Shown here: positions 1-11,723 of the stretch, one piece after another | How positions within the stretch are numbered: the stretch's first letter is position 1 | Layout of the letters: every line of letters starts with the position of its first letter | Position numbers and translations under genes: made by a program | Assembly: GCF_041146345.1 (NCBI RefSeq) | Contig: NW_027191419.1 | Span: 62,001-126,000 of the forward strand | Length of the DNA stretch: 64,000 nucleotides | Direction of reading: 5' to 3' | DNA from: Neodothiora populina | Lineage: Eukaryota | The notes under the pieces: generated by a model | Database searches by the model: none | Seen by the model: only the letters and a program-made list of their open reading frames with translations | Told to the model about the DNA's origin: nothing

Positions 1-354
1 CTAGCACGCGATGTCCAAGTTTGTATGGGTATCAGACTAAACTTGATTCGTAATGCTGGAAAGTCACCCGCCGAGTCGCCGTCGATGAGGAACGAAGGCA
101 TCGAAGGCATCGACTTGGAGCTACGCCGAACCGTAGTCGAGACAAATGCCTACAGGAATCAACGACTATCTAAAATCTCTGTAGCTTGCTCAATGTATCA
201 TCAAGCTCGCCCAACATATCGAATTATGCGGAAAGTTCATTCTTCGCGAGAGTTGTGTAGTATTGCCCCGGAGCTGGTTTATCATGCGTTCTTCTTTCGG
301 TAAAATCAGAAACAGTCGTAACACCTCGTGTATCTCGTTATTCGGGCTGGACGC

Positions 355-3300
355 TTATTCCCCCTCCAATTCCTCCACGATACCCCTCAGTTTTTGAATG
401 GAAGCGGGTTTGGTCAAGAAAACATCCACACCAGCGTTGAAGGCTCTCTGTCGCGCCTCGGCACTGGCCACTCCTGTCAGAGCAACGATCATGCATCTGC
501 GCCATCTGTTCTTCTCCTCGAGCACGCGTATGGTTTCGGTCGCGGTGAAGCCATCCATGATTGGCATGCTCATGTCCATTAGGATGAGGACGAACGCAGA
601 AGGTGAAGAGGCGTATTGTTGAACGGCTTCGAGGCCGTTCTCCGCGGTTTGGAAGGCACGTCCTAGTTTTTTCATGGTTGCGATCAATAGCTAGATAGAT
701 TGTCAGCGAGGCTCAAGAAACCTCAATTTGTGAGGGCGATGATATACCTTCATATTCACTGTGTTATCTTCGACGAGCAGAATCCGACCTGCTGATGGGT
801 TCGGCGATCTTGGCTCTGAAGTCTCTCTGATAGGTGAAACATGCTCAGGACTGGAGACGCGCTCCTCTGAGCCTTCTCTGTCTGGACTGGATTCGGCAGT
901 TGTGGACATGGATGAATCGGGTGTGGACGTTTGCGATCTGTCCTTGATCTGCTTTTGAGCATCGCCGCGATGACCACGAGGGCTGCGCGGCTGTCTAGTG
1001 TCATCTCTCTTCCTCTTCCTCAGCACAGCGTTCATGGCGCGCGCGAGCTTACGCGGACCATATGGCTGGTTGACGAACAAAACATTGTCGAAGACTCGAA
1101 GACTTTCCGTGCGCTGCTGAAGGTCGGCTGCAGGGGTTAAGACAAGGATGGGAGGACCATAAGAACGCTTTTCGACCGGCCCATCGCCCCTCATACGCTT
1201 TGCCTGGCACCATTGCTCAAATTCGGACTCTAACATGACACAGACGTTCGCGGACGAAGTCTCGACGGATCCATCCAGGGTCTCGATGGAGCAGTCCATC
1301 CAGTCTTGACAGGTTTTGGAAACAACAGATCGCATGCGCTGGTCTCGCCGCCCTTGCTCCGACTTTCCAGCATTGCCCAGAAATGCGATCCTGGCTCTCC
1401 TCGGACCTTCGATGTCGACATTGAAATCGTCTTCGTTGTTAGTTGCATCATACTCACGCAGTTGGGCGTCGAGCGACACCTTTACTTTCGTACCCCGGCC
1501 AACTTCAGAGTCCACATGGATTTGACCACCAACATCTTGCACGACTTGTCTAACGATACTCAGACCAAGACCGGTCCCGACGGCATGAGTGTTCTCTTGC
1601 ATGAACGGAGTCCATAGGTGGTGCTTCTGGAAGTCCTCGGAGATTCCTTGACCGGTATCTTCGATGGTGAGGGAGATTTTGGTCGTTCCATCCCTCCTAC
1701 TCTTACCCTCTGCAGCTTTTAGTGAGACGGTGATGGTTCCAGATTTTGTGTATTTAAAGGCGTTCCCGAGAAGGTTAGTGATGATACGTGTCCAGCTACC
1801 AGGTGAAGTTTTCAGGTGCCAACTGGGAGCGCTTGCTATGTCCAAAACAACCGTGATCGGGATATCTGGCTCATCGAGATCTATAGATCGTGGCAGAGAC
1901 AGGTTAGACAAACCTGAAGCAGTGCTACTTCTCCGCGTAGATTGCAGTGACTTCTTAGTGACAGATGCGCGGAATTGATTTGCGGTGACAAGAGTATTGA
2001 CAACGTCTGTTAACACGTCAGCAAAGGCATTAAAATGATGCGAAGATTGAGCACTCACTTTCTGTGAGTTCGGCAAGGTCGACGTTACTCGTGACGCCAA
2101 CCTCGCCCACATCGGCACTCTTAAAGGACATATGACGAGTGAGGTCTCTACTCTTCCGGTCATCACGTTGAGAGTCCGTGAAAGAGTTGATCTTGGTGAA
2201 GTCGAGGATGTTGTTGATTGTATCCAATAATGTTCTTCCGGCCATGTTGATGGTAGTGGCCATCTCGCGTTGGTAAGTATCGAGCTTACTCTCCTGGAGA
2301 AACTCTACACCAGCAAGGACACCATGTAAGGGAGATCGAAGTTCATGGGAAACGGAAGAAATGAAGGTCGCTTTGGCGGTGTCGGCAGCCATAACCTCGA
2401 GGCGGGCCAACTCTGCCATCAAGCTATTTCCGAAGGCGGCTAGGTAAGTTACATCTTCTTCAAGGTCGAGAAATCTGTTAGGAGCCACATTCCATACGAG
2501 CACACCAGTACGCCATCTATCACGACGGTCCTGTACGTGAAGGTCAGTAAGTGCTAGACGTCTAGTGATAGTCGAGGATCGAAAACATGGATAGGACAGA
2601 GAAGAACGGGAGTGGAAGGTGCACTTACATCCCAAAGAGGCAGGAACGCGATGCTGCGGGGCTCGGCCGTGAATTCGGCCAGGGCCGCCGCATCTTGAGC
2701 CTCCTTAGACTTCGCTTTGGCCTTGGGTACAGCTGACGGAGGAGCGACCATGCCGTCGGCCGCGGACCCTGCGGTGGACGTTGTGCCCTCACCTGCGGAG
2801 CTTGAGCTCAGTGCCCTGCCGTTATGGTAGTTGAAGATCTTTCCATGAGGATATCGACGGAGAAGTCTATTCATCAGCGACGTGGGAATCTGGCGCTGCC
2901 TCTGCGAAGCTTGGAAGCCTCTCACACTTGACTTGATCTTTGTGGAGAAACCAAGGACCTTGCAGGTGCTTGATGAAGCGTCCTCGGCCTCATGTTCGGA
3001 TGTAGAACGATGACTGGGTGCCGTGTCGTCTGCGCCTTGATCGGTTGTGAGACTGGATGATGAAAGGGACGAGTCTGTCTCCCCTTCAGTGGCAGACACA
3101 TTACGGTGTCTTTCGCTCTTCTCGTACCTTCCGCGGCGTTGTCGTCGAGAACGTGGGAAATCAAGGTCGACCAGTATCACACCTTCCGAGCTCAAAGACT
3201 CGCGGATGAGGTTACTGGCACGAGCAAATACGCTGTTGATTTCTTTAGGCAGATCGAACGCCTCGGTTTTCTTCGATGGTGATTGCGTGCTAGCGATGGT

Positions 3301-4641
3301 GTCTGCGGCAATGTCAACTGAGGTCGGCAGGACATCCTGTCGCTGCTGATCGATAGGCTCGGCGTCGCTGGCTGCATGCCCCTCGCGTGGTTCGGCATCC
3401 GAGGCTTCAAGAGTATGACCTTCACCGTCCTGGCGGACTGGGGAAGTTGACGAGGAGCCAGGGATGAGTCTCCCTCGCGCGTCGAGATGCTCTTTCCTGT
3501 ATGTTTGACCAAATTCCTCGTCGGCGCGCTCCTTCTTCAGCTCTTCCTCGCTGGTCGATCCGCGTCTTCGTCTCTTGCCCTCGCCGCGCTGATTGCGACT
3601 GTAGTTGGCCATCCACCATTCCCGGAGGCTGCTCTTGCCCCCGTTGAACAGAGCGACACCCTTGACCAAGCGATCGCCACGCTGGCGCTGTACCATTGCT
3701 CTCTTGGCTTCGAGATGACCCATGACGGTGTCAGCGATGTCCTCCATGAACTCCATTTCTCTTGCACTGATGCCGAATCGCGGACGTTCGTCAAAGACTG
3801 CATAACTTCCTATGACGCTTCCTGACGGCGTCCTGATGGGGACAGATGCGTAGAAGCGCAGGTTCTTGGCACACCTTACAAACAAACGATTGTGCAGCGC
3901 TGTCTGCTGGCGCATATCACTGATGATGTGCCAATGCTTGGAGATGCCATCCGTGTAGTAAAAGTCATCTTCACTGGGCGATGGACGGGTCTTGGTCGTC
4001 TTCTTCCACCGCCCCAGTCCTAGGCAGCTCATCCCCTCCTCCCGGGGGAAACTAGTGGTTCCCAACCACAAAGCGTCTTCTTTGGAGTGCACTTCATCAG
4101 ACTGTAGTGAGAGAGTCCTTGTGGATTCGGCGAGGATGATTTCCTGGTCCTTTGACACAAGCGAGATCATGCACCTCTGCGCATTCAATCGCATGGCTCC
4201 AAGCTGAGCAAAAGCGGCCAGTGCGGTGTCTTCACATCCGATCGGAGTCCAGTCACTAGCAGGCTCGAGCGGAGCAGGATCAGATCCATCGGGCGCCTTT
4301 GCGATCAATGTCGGTCGGATGTTGCTCTCCCACGGTTCCAGATATCTGAATACCTCCCGTACACGCATCACTTCGGAATGTCGGTATGCCTCACTACGGA
4401 CAGACGGCGCTTGCCGATGTCGCCTGTTGCGATGCTGCGCAGGATAGTCGGCATCGTCTTCATCGTCGTCGTCGTCGTCGTCATCATTGTTTTCTTCCTT
4501 TCCGTCTTGGTCTGGCTGGTGATCAATGGCCTGGACTCGCTCTGCTTTTTTCTTGTCCTCTCCGTCTATCGAAGCAAGCGATGGAGATGCAACAGACGAC
4601 GATGGTCCCTGTGCGGGCCTTGCGCCTCTAGAGGCGTCCAT
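355..4641 (-). CDS. Hybrid sensor histidine kinase/response regulator (GAF-like + HisKA + HATPase + REC); exons 4641-2629, 2530-2059, 2006-748, 690-355
   Basis: H-box FISSVSHELRSPLHG, N-box IITNLLGNAFKYT, G1 IEDTGQGI, G2 GTGLGLSIV, receiver ILLVEDN...ILMDMSMPIMDG...FLTKP, GAF-like LRFYASVPIRTPSGSVIGS. Three GT..CTGAC..YAG introns (2531-2628, 2007-2058, 691-747) join four track ORFs in frame. Confidence 0.93.
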
Positions 4642-7600
4642 CTTACTTTTGGTGTTTTCGCCACTTTCGCACAGGTCACCGGCACGAGTGAGGATATCAA
4701 CACCTTCTGTCAACAACATCGGAAGGGAAGAGAGCCAGGAATGCTGTAGAGGCAGGCGAGATAATAATTGGCCAATGCAGGCACCGGGGCGACGGCGGGG
4801 TACGAGCCTCGATTCCGCCCCAACTTTTGCTTTGGAAAGCCGCTAAGCAAGATTTAATGTCTGAGCTATCGACGAAACGCATACCTTCCCTTCCGCTGCT
4901 CTTTCTTTGGGATTATTCAGTATTCCAGCGTCCAGTCGGTATGAGATACAAGTCCTCTACAGTGTGTCTCGAAGAATTCTACGGACAATACGTTCGCTGA
5001 CACCTTGTGAACAGACATGTCGAAACACGCCCGCGTGGATGCAAATCGGTCTAGGCCTGGTCAAGCCTGTTTTTAAGGTTGGAGCTCCGCTAGAGCAGTA
5101 GCGCAAAATAGCAAAACTATCCACGTGCAGGGAATTGATCGTCGTTCATCTCGATACATCCGATCTCATCCACTTGCAGAATCCGTAGAGCCGCCGGAGA
5201 ATTGTTCCGTTCGTTTGTGTTGTGTGCAGCAGGTGTTGTACACAGCTGGGTTTTCCTACGATAGACGCCCCATTTCCCCCATCATGTTTACATCATGCGG
5301 CACGAGGCAGCGCGAATGACTATCTGTACTACGTTCATTTCATCCTGACTTTGGTAGCAACGCCCTGCAAGCCACCGCCGACGCAGTCCAGATAGCATCG
5401 AAGATCTGATATAACCTAAATGCCCACATGCTCAGATGTAGAGGCCGCCAAGTTTCAACGTGGTAGTATTCGGCTTGGTTTTTACCCGACAGGGTCGTTG
5501 TACAGCCCTTTTCCGGCTAACGCATCAGAACAATCCAATCTCCAGCGTGTCTGGTGAAGTGATCCCATCCGCTTGACTCATATTGTATCCATTGAAGATG
5601 GTCACCTCTGCTATGTTATATATATGTGAACCATGAATCTGTGGACTCCAATGTGGACGCTTTTCAGTAACGACCAAACGACCTGAAATCTTACATGCCG
5701 GTAATGCGAGCTTGTCCCGTCTCTTGTGATAACGCTGCGAAATCTCGGTCTTCCGGCACTTCCATTTCTCAAACGTACCGACCACGGCGCCCTGAGCATG
5801 CAGTCAAATCGCCGATGCACATGGAACAAAGTCCTCGCTCTCGCCTTTGCAGATTGCAGCAGTGTTCCAACGTGAGCCAAGCAGGATGAAATGCCCTAGT
5901 GGTCGTAGGGCCGGTAACGTCAACGAATGAGCATGCTTCTGTGCATCTGTCACGCCTGTTTTACATCTACTTGAGACTGTCGATCAAAAAGCGTGACTTG
6001 CACATACAGTACGGTACTGTATCGCGATGGCAACGTTTGTACGGAGTGCTCGAACGGGTACCTCCGTGCTTGCGAGTAGGTTGCTGGTGGATGATGTTCG
6101 ATCGTAATCGCATCCACGTCGGAGCAATGACTCGACTGCACCACATCGTGGTGGCAGGTCCCTCTCACCGTCTAGTGCTTGTTGACTCGAGCAGTATACA
6201 GCTACTTATACCTGTGCCGCGCGTGATCTGTCACCACGAATCTTGTCTGCACTTACTCGTGTGTACATATGGTCCACATTTGCTTTCGCAATTGTGTTGA
6301 TCCCTGGATCAGAGCGTCTCAGACTCGATCACATATGTCGGTATACTTGATTTACCATGTGTATACGTGATCATAGTCCTCTCCGTCTCGATCGATGACC
6401 TGTAGTCTGCTTCATCAAGGGTCATCACCTCCAACCACAACTCGTGGTTTTCTGTACGTCTTGCAGGGCGACCCTGTCCGTACATACACGCTGCACGACC
6501 GATATTCGCTGCATATCTTCTATTCGTGAGAGATATATTAATCTCGTAAAAGAAAGTATAGGGCTTAATGAAGTAAACATAGCTGCTTCTCACTTGCGTT
6601 CAACGTCATGGTCCATCAAAAGTGATACCGAGTCGTCCGTGATAGACCCTTTCCGCTTGTACTCCTGACACGCACGACCACTCAGATCCAGACCTTCGTT
6701 TCCCAGTGAATCAATCAGATGTTTCATGTTGCAAGGGTCTTGTGATAGGGCATCTGCTTCGGGACTGACATTCAGCTACACATAACGAAGAAAAACGCTT
6801 AATCCTCCCAAGATAGCCAATTCCGTTCTTGCGCTATCAAAAAAGTCGATCCAATTCACCAGCGAACAAAGACTCTTCGAGGCCAGTGACTGCAGCAGCG
6901 ATTTCAAATTTTGGATCATGTCATCTCGAATATACCCTGTTCCCATCCTCCCCTACACATCTCTACGAGAAAGACTTTCTCTCCTGCGAGTCTCTACTTA
7001 CCCATTAATCCTCGGCATTTCATTCTCTCGACAGCGCTAGAAAAGACACAGGAAATGGGTCAGGATAGACAACGACGACAATAAACGACCGAACACAGGA
7101 GCCGTGGCGAACCTTTGCCTACCTGTACATAAAGTATACGTGCTGTAGTAGTAGTGCAGCATTACTACTGTAGGTAAGGTGAATCTATCAGCATTCGAAT
7201 AGCATGTACGCTAGAAGGCACCATCCAGGCCTACGCTACACTGCACTGTAGAGCTACGGAGTCATAATGGAGTCAAGCGGGAGTGGATTAGTCTCAGGGG
7301 GTCGTCGACACCAAAATCCAATTCCCTTACCTAAAAACCGGGTGGGGATACTGTTTGCGAGAAAAGAAAAAGAGTTCCAAGCAAAAGTGTGGAGATTGGC
7401 AATGATCAATTGATCGATGCCTTGCAGCTGAGAATCCACTATAATCCACTTTCCCTTCTCGGTCAGGTCTTTGGGTTTAATGGGAAAAAGACGCAGCGCT
7501 TTGCGGTGCATATGCACATTTATCAGGAATCCAGCGGCGGAAGTAGATGCTTTTGTTCTCACTCGAAATGTATAGGACTCAATTTTTGGTGGTAAAGGGG

Positions 7601-8069
7601 TTTTTGCTTTCGAGAAACAAGTCAACAAAGCCGGCGAGTCTTTTTGCTCAAGCCGCGCGCAGAAAAGCAGAGACAGATAAAAGAAATAGAAAAAAACACA
7701 GCTCGCTGTATTAGTACACACAAACACCAGGTCCGGGCTGCCGAATCCAAAATCCATTTGCGATTCCCCTTTTTCTTCTCTCAAAACCAATCTTCATGGC
7801 TTGCCTTGTGAAGCCGATGAACCCCAGGGCCAGAGCTACCCAAATTTTTCGTCAAAGTCACCAAAAGCGTACGTGGGCTATCGTTTTCCTATTCTCAGTC
7901 CTTCCGCCCCGTCCGTCTTGGCGGGTGGCCTGCTTAAGTCTCTTGCTCGCCGAAACAAATGAAATTGTCCCCCCTACCAACAAAGGAAAGATGACCCGAC
8001 CCATGACAAAGGAAATAGCTGTATCAAGGCAAATCCGTGGTATTGCCGTATATAAAAGGTATTGGGTAT

Positions 8070-10468
8070 TCAGTGGTAGTCGCCTCCGGCAGTGATGCCG
8101 CTTTGGTGGTAGGACTCGGGATCTCTGCTCAAGCTTCGCATGTCGATGTGCGTCGGGAGATGAGACTGTTGCATACCGAGGTTGTTCGGCATGGAAGTGG
8201 GAGGCATGGTCGCCATTGGAATATAGCTTGCCTGTGCGCTTTCGGCGGCCTCGGCATCAGCGTCATCCTGGGCCTCGATCTCCTCGTCGACCTCCTCGAT
8301 GTCCTCCTGGCTAGGCATGGTGCCGTCAGGGTTGGCGTCATGGGTGCGACGGTGCTGAGCGAGATTGTCCGAGCGAGAGAAGGCCTTGTTGCAGAGAGGG
8401 CATACGTAAGGGCGCTCGGACGTGTGAGTTCGGACGTGTCGTTTGAGATGCTCTAATCTCTTGAACAGGCGGCCACACATGGGAATGGGGCAAGAGTGGG
8501 ACTTTTGCGGATACGGGGCGCCGAGCTCGGTGATGGTGGCACTACGCGCGCGGCGGTAGACACCGTTGGCGGTGCGTGTCACGGCTGCGGGCATGGGTCT
8601 GAATTGGCCAGGGTGCGGGGGTTGCGGCTGATCGGTGGAGAATGATGCGAAATCCTCGGTGTGAACCATGGGCATGGCGGGGGCCATGGCGGACGCGTCC
8701 TCCATGGGTGTCGCATGTCTGGACGCATCTATCATGTCCTTTTGGCGCACCGGGGTGCTGTAAGCATTGTGTACGCTGGCGGGTGAGTCGTGGTAAGAAC
8801 TTTCGGCGTCTTGTCCTATGGCGGGATTGGGCAACGAGTGGCGCAAGTCGCTGGGTCGGTGGACAGCGTGCGGAGTCGAGTGGATGGACGAACTGCCTCC
8901 GGCGCTGCCTTGCATGGTCAAAGACGATCTTCTTCTGCGCTGCTTGTAGTTTGGCGAGCCCTCGAGTCCGGAGTAGACACCGGGAGCGGGCTGATTGAGC
9001 GGTCGCAACATCGAGGGATACTGAGGAGCCCCCATGTTGGGCGCTTGCATGGGCATCAGAGGGTTGTAGAACTGAGACATGCCATTGTCGGGGATCGCAG
9101 TGTACAGACCCGTGTCTTCGTTGGCGATGTAGGCAGTTTCTGAGGGCTGAGGCATCGAGTTCTGCGGCGGCGTCAGAGGCTCGAAAGAGAGGCCGCGCGT
9201 GCTGTAGTCTTCGAAATGCGACGAGACAAACGAAGGTGCAGGCGAGTATTCCATGTAAGCGGGCATGGAGCTGTGTCGGTTCTGGATCTGACTGAGCGGG
9301 ACTCCGTTGCGGTCGTAGTGCATGACGGGGCCATACGACTGCTCACGCGTCTTCTGCACCTGAGCCGGCAGGGGAGGATTCATAGCCATCTGCGTATACG
9401 TTGGCATATGAGTCAATATCTCCTCTTGTGGCATGGCTATTGGCATACTTGTGACAGCGACCTGCTGAGGGGTGGATTGCTGGGCCATCTGCAGCGGCGG
9501 CATCATCATCATCTGTTGAGGCGGCGGCGGCATGGATTCGGCGGCGCGAGGGACGGGAGAGACGGAAGAGTGCGAAGCGGCGGCTTGAGCCGACGACGAC
9601 GAGGCGGCGGCGGCGGCGGCGGCAGCAGCAGCAGCAGCATTGGCGAAGGTCGAGTTGTTCTGCTGCGCCTTGGTGAGTTGCTCGTAGAGCGACTGGCTCG
9701 AGTCGAACTCAAAGGACAGAGCGGGCTCGCTGACGGCCACCGTCGTCGCCTCCTGGCCCATCTTTTCCCTCTTCAAGTCGCGTTCCAGCGCATCGAGGAA
9801 GAGTCGGTCGTGCGGCACGCTGTACCAATAGAAGACCTTCTGCTTCTTCTGCGTGCGGATGCAGTTGTTCTTGTACAGGAAGTCGAGAAAGGGGCTCTTG
9901 GGCTCTTCGAGCGAAGCGTCAGTGCCAGACTTGAGGTTTCGCAGATCCGAGAAGATGCCCTCCTCGAACTTTTTCGAGTTCTTGACTGGTCGGCCAAAGG
10001 CCTGGAAGCGGAAGGAGAGACATCGTACAATGTCCGTTCCGGAAATGTGGAAGAGGTTGTTCCTAGATGACAAGTTTAGTTGCGGTGTCCGCAGAAGCAG
10101 AAGAGAGACGAGGCGCATCAAAGAACGTCTGCTGCACCACGGAAAAGCACGCACCATAGGACGCATGACACGTATTCGCCGGTAGGCAAGAGGAATCGAC
10201 GGATGTACTGATCCGAACTCCAGTCGACAGGCGCAGAGATGAGAAAGTATTTGACTGGATTGCCGTCAGCATCCGAAGGGAGGCGCGCGAGGTTCTGCAT
10301 GATCAGAAAAGAAAAAAAAGGGAGAAGCCTACGGTTGTCAACCTGCTGTAGGGCAACGACAGAGTCCTGGGGCAGTGACTGTTGCGTGTCTTGATCGAGC
10401 AGAAAGGTCTCCGGTGCCACTGGTCGAGACTGTGGGGCAGACATGACGGCCTGATGAGCTCCGTACAT
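8070..10468 (-). CDS. STE12: STE12/SteA transcription factor (STE domain + two C2H2 zinc fingers); exons 10468-10333, 10254-10155, 10062-8070
   Basis: STE domain LKYFLISAPVDW...NNLFHISGTDIVRCLSFRFQAFGR...QKKQKVFYWYSVPHDRLFLDALERDLKRE. Zinc fingers CPIPMCGRLFKRLEHLKRH and CPLCNKAFSRSDNLAQHRRTH. Introns 10255-10332 and 10063-10154. Confidence 0.97.
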
Positions 10469-11682
10469 GCCTACGCAACAAGGGGGGGGAGGGTGGGCAG
10501 GGTCGCTTAAGTGGAAAGAACAAATAAAGGACCTTAGTTGTCAATCTCAAACAGATATGATGGCCAAGGTCAAGAGCCCGAGTGTAGATGATGGGATTGG
10601 GGATTCGCGACAACCAGCGCGTCGAGGGAAGGGGGTGTCTATTATAAACAGAATTGTCTTAGGAAGGCAGCCAAGGGCAGGGAGAAAACAAAGCCACAGG
10701 CCAGGATTGAACAGTAGCAAGCGGAGTGGGATAGGTTCGATGAAACGAGCGTTACTAAAGGGCAAGAAGGGTGTCAAGAGGGGCAAAAACGAGGGCAGAG
10801 AACAAAGAGCGTGAGTGAAAAAACGAGGGCCGGCCTCTATAGGGATGGAGTGGGGGAGAGGAGGAGGAGGAGATGGGAGGATGTGTGTGAGAGAGGTGTT
10901 GGAAGGGCGTGTGAGAGAGAGTAGTGTGTTAAAGGTGTTGCGAAATAATGAGAATAGAAGGAGGGATTTGCTGGGCGATGCGCTCGATGATGATGTTGGC
11001 TATTGCTGAATGGGAGATGGGTGGAGCAGAAACAAGATCAAGACGGACTTGAAGCTGCGGGAAGATGGCGGCTTCAAAAGAAGATGAAACTCGCGGCGCA
11101 CAGACGGAAATTGCTGCAACTCTTGTTTCAATGGTCTAATTTTGGCTGTGGTGCAGCACGCAAACCATACTCGTTCTGACTCCCGTTCTGACTCCAAAGG
11201 GTCGAACCCTTATCTTTTGGTTCTAGCTCGACATTGACATTGGCCTGCCATCTGAGATACTGTTGTAATAACCGTTCCGCGGGAGCTAGGCTGCGCTGTT
11301 TGTTTTGGATTTCTTCGTTCTTGTTCTCGCCTTTGAGAAGTAGGCAAGGCAGGTACAGCATGTAAGTAGGTAAGCACTGTAAGGTCAGGTCGGGTAGGTA
11401 GGAACCTAGTGCTACCTACCGTACGCCCTCAGCGCGTGCGGGCGGCGCAATCATGGTTACAACAACGCCAATGCTTTCTTTTGTCACTTCTTCCCTTGAC
11501 CACGATTACCATGCCTCAACCAGGCAATCTCACAAGAGCACTGACCCTCGTTCCTGTTCTGTGTGCAATTGCTCTCCGCGCGCGCGCCGTCTGACTCCGC
11601 TCTACTGTACAGTAAGGTAATTAGTGGGCGGCGGTACCTTGCCTTAGCTACTAGTCAGAGAGAAAACGTGATGAGATGAGCG

Positions 11683-11684
<2 letters not shown>

Positions 11685-11720
<36 letters not shown>
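11685..11720. repeat. (GCA)12 microsatellite in STE12 upstream region
   Basis: Perfect trinucleotide run read directly. Confidence 0.95.

Positions 11721-11723
<3 letters not shown>

Noticed and set aside
7254..7790. 178-aa minus-strand ORF
   Set aside because: Non-ATG start, T-rich low-complexity translation, most likely STE12 3' UTR and terminator sequence.
9216..10070. 284-aa + strand ORF
   Set aside because: Antisense shadow of STE12.
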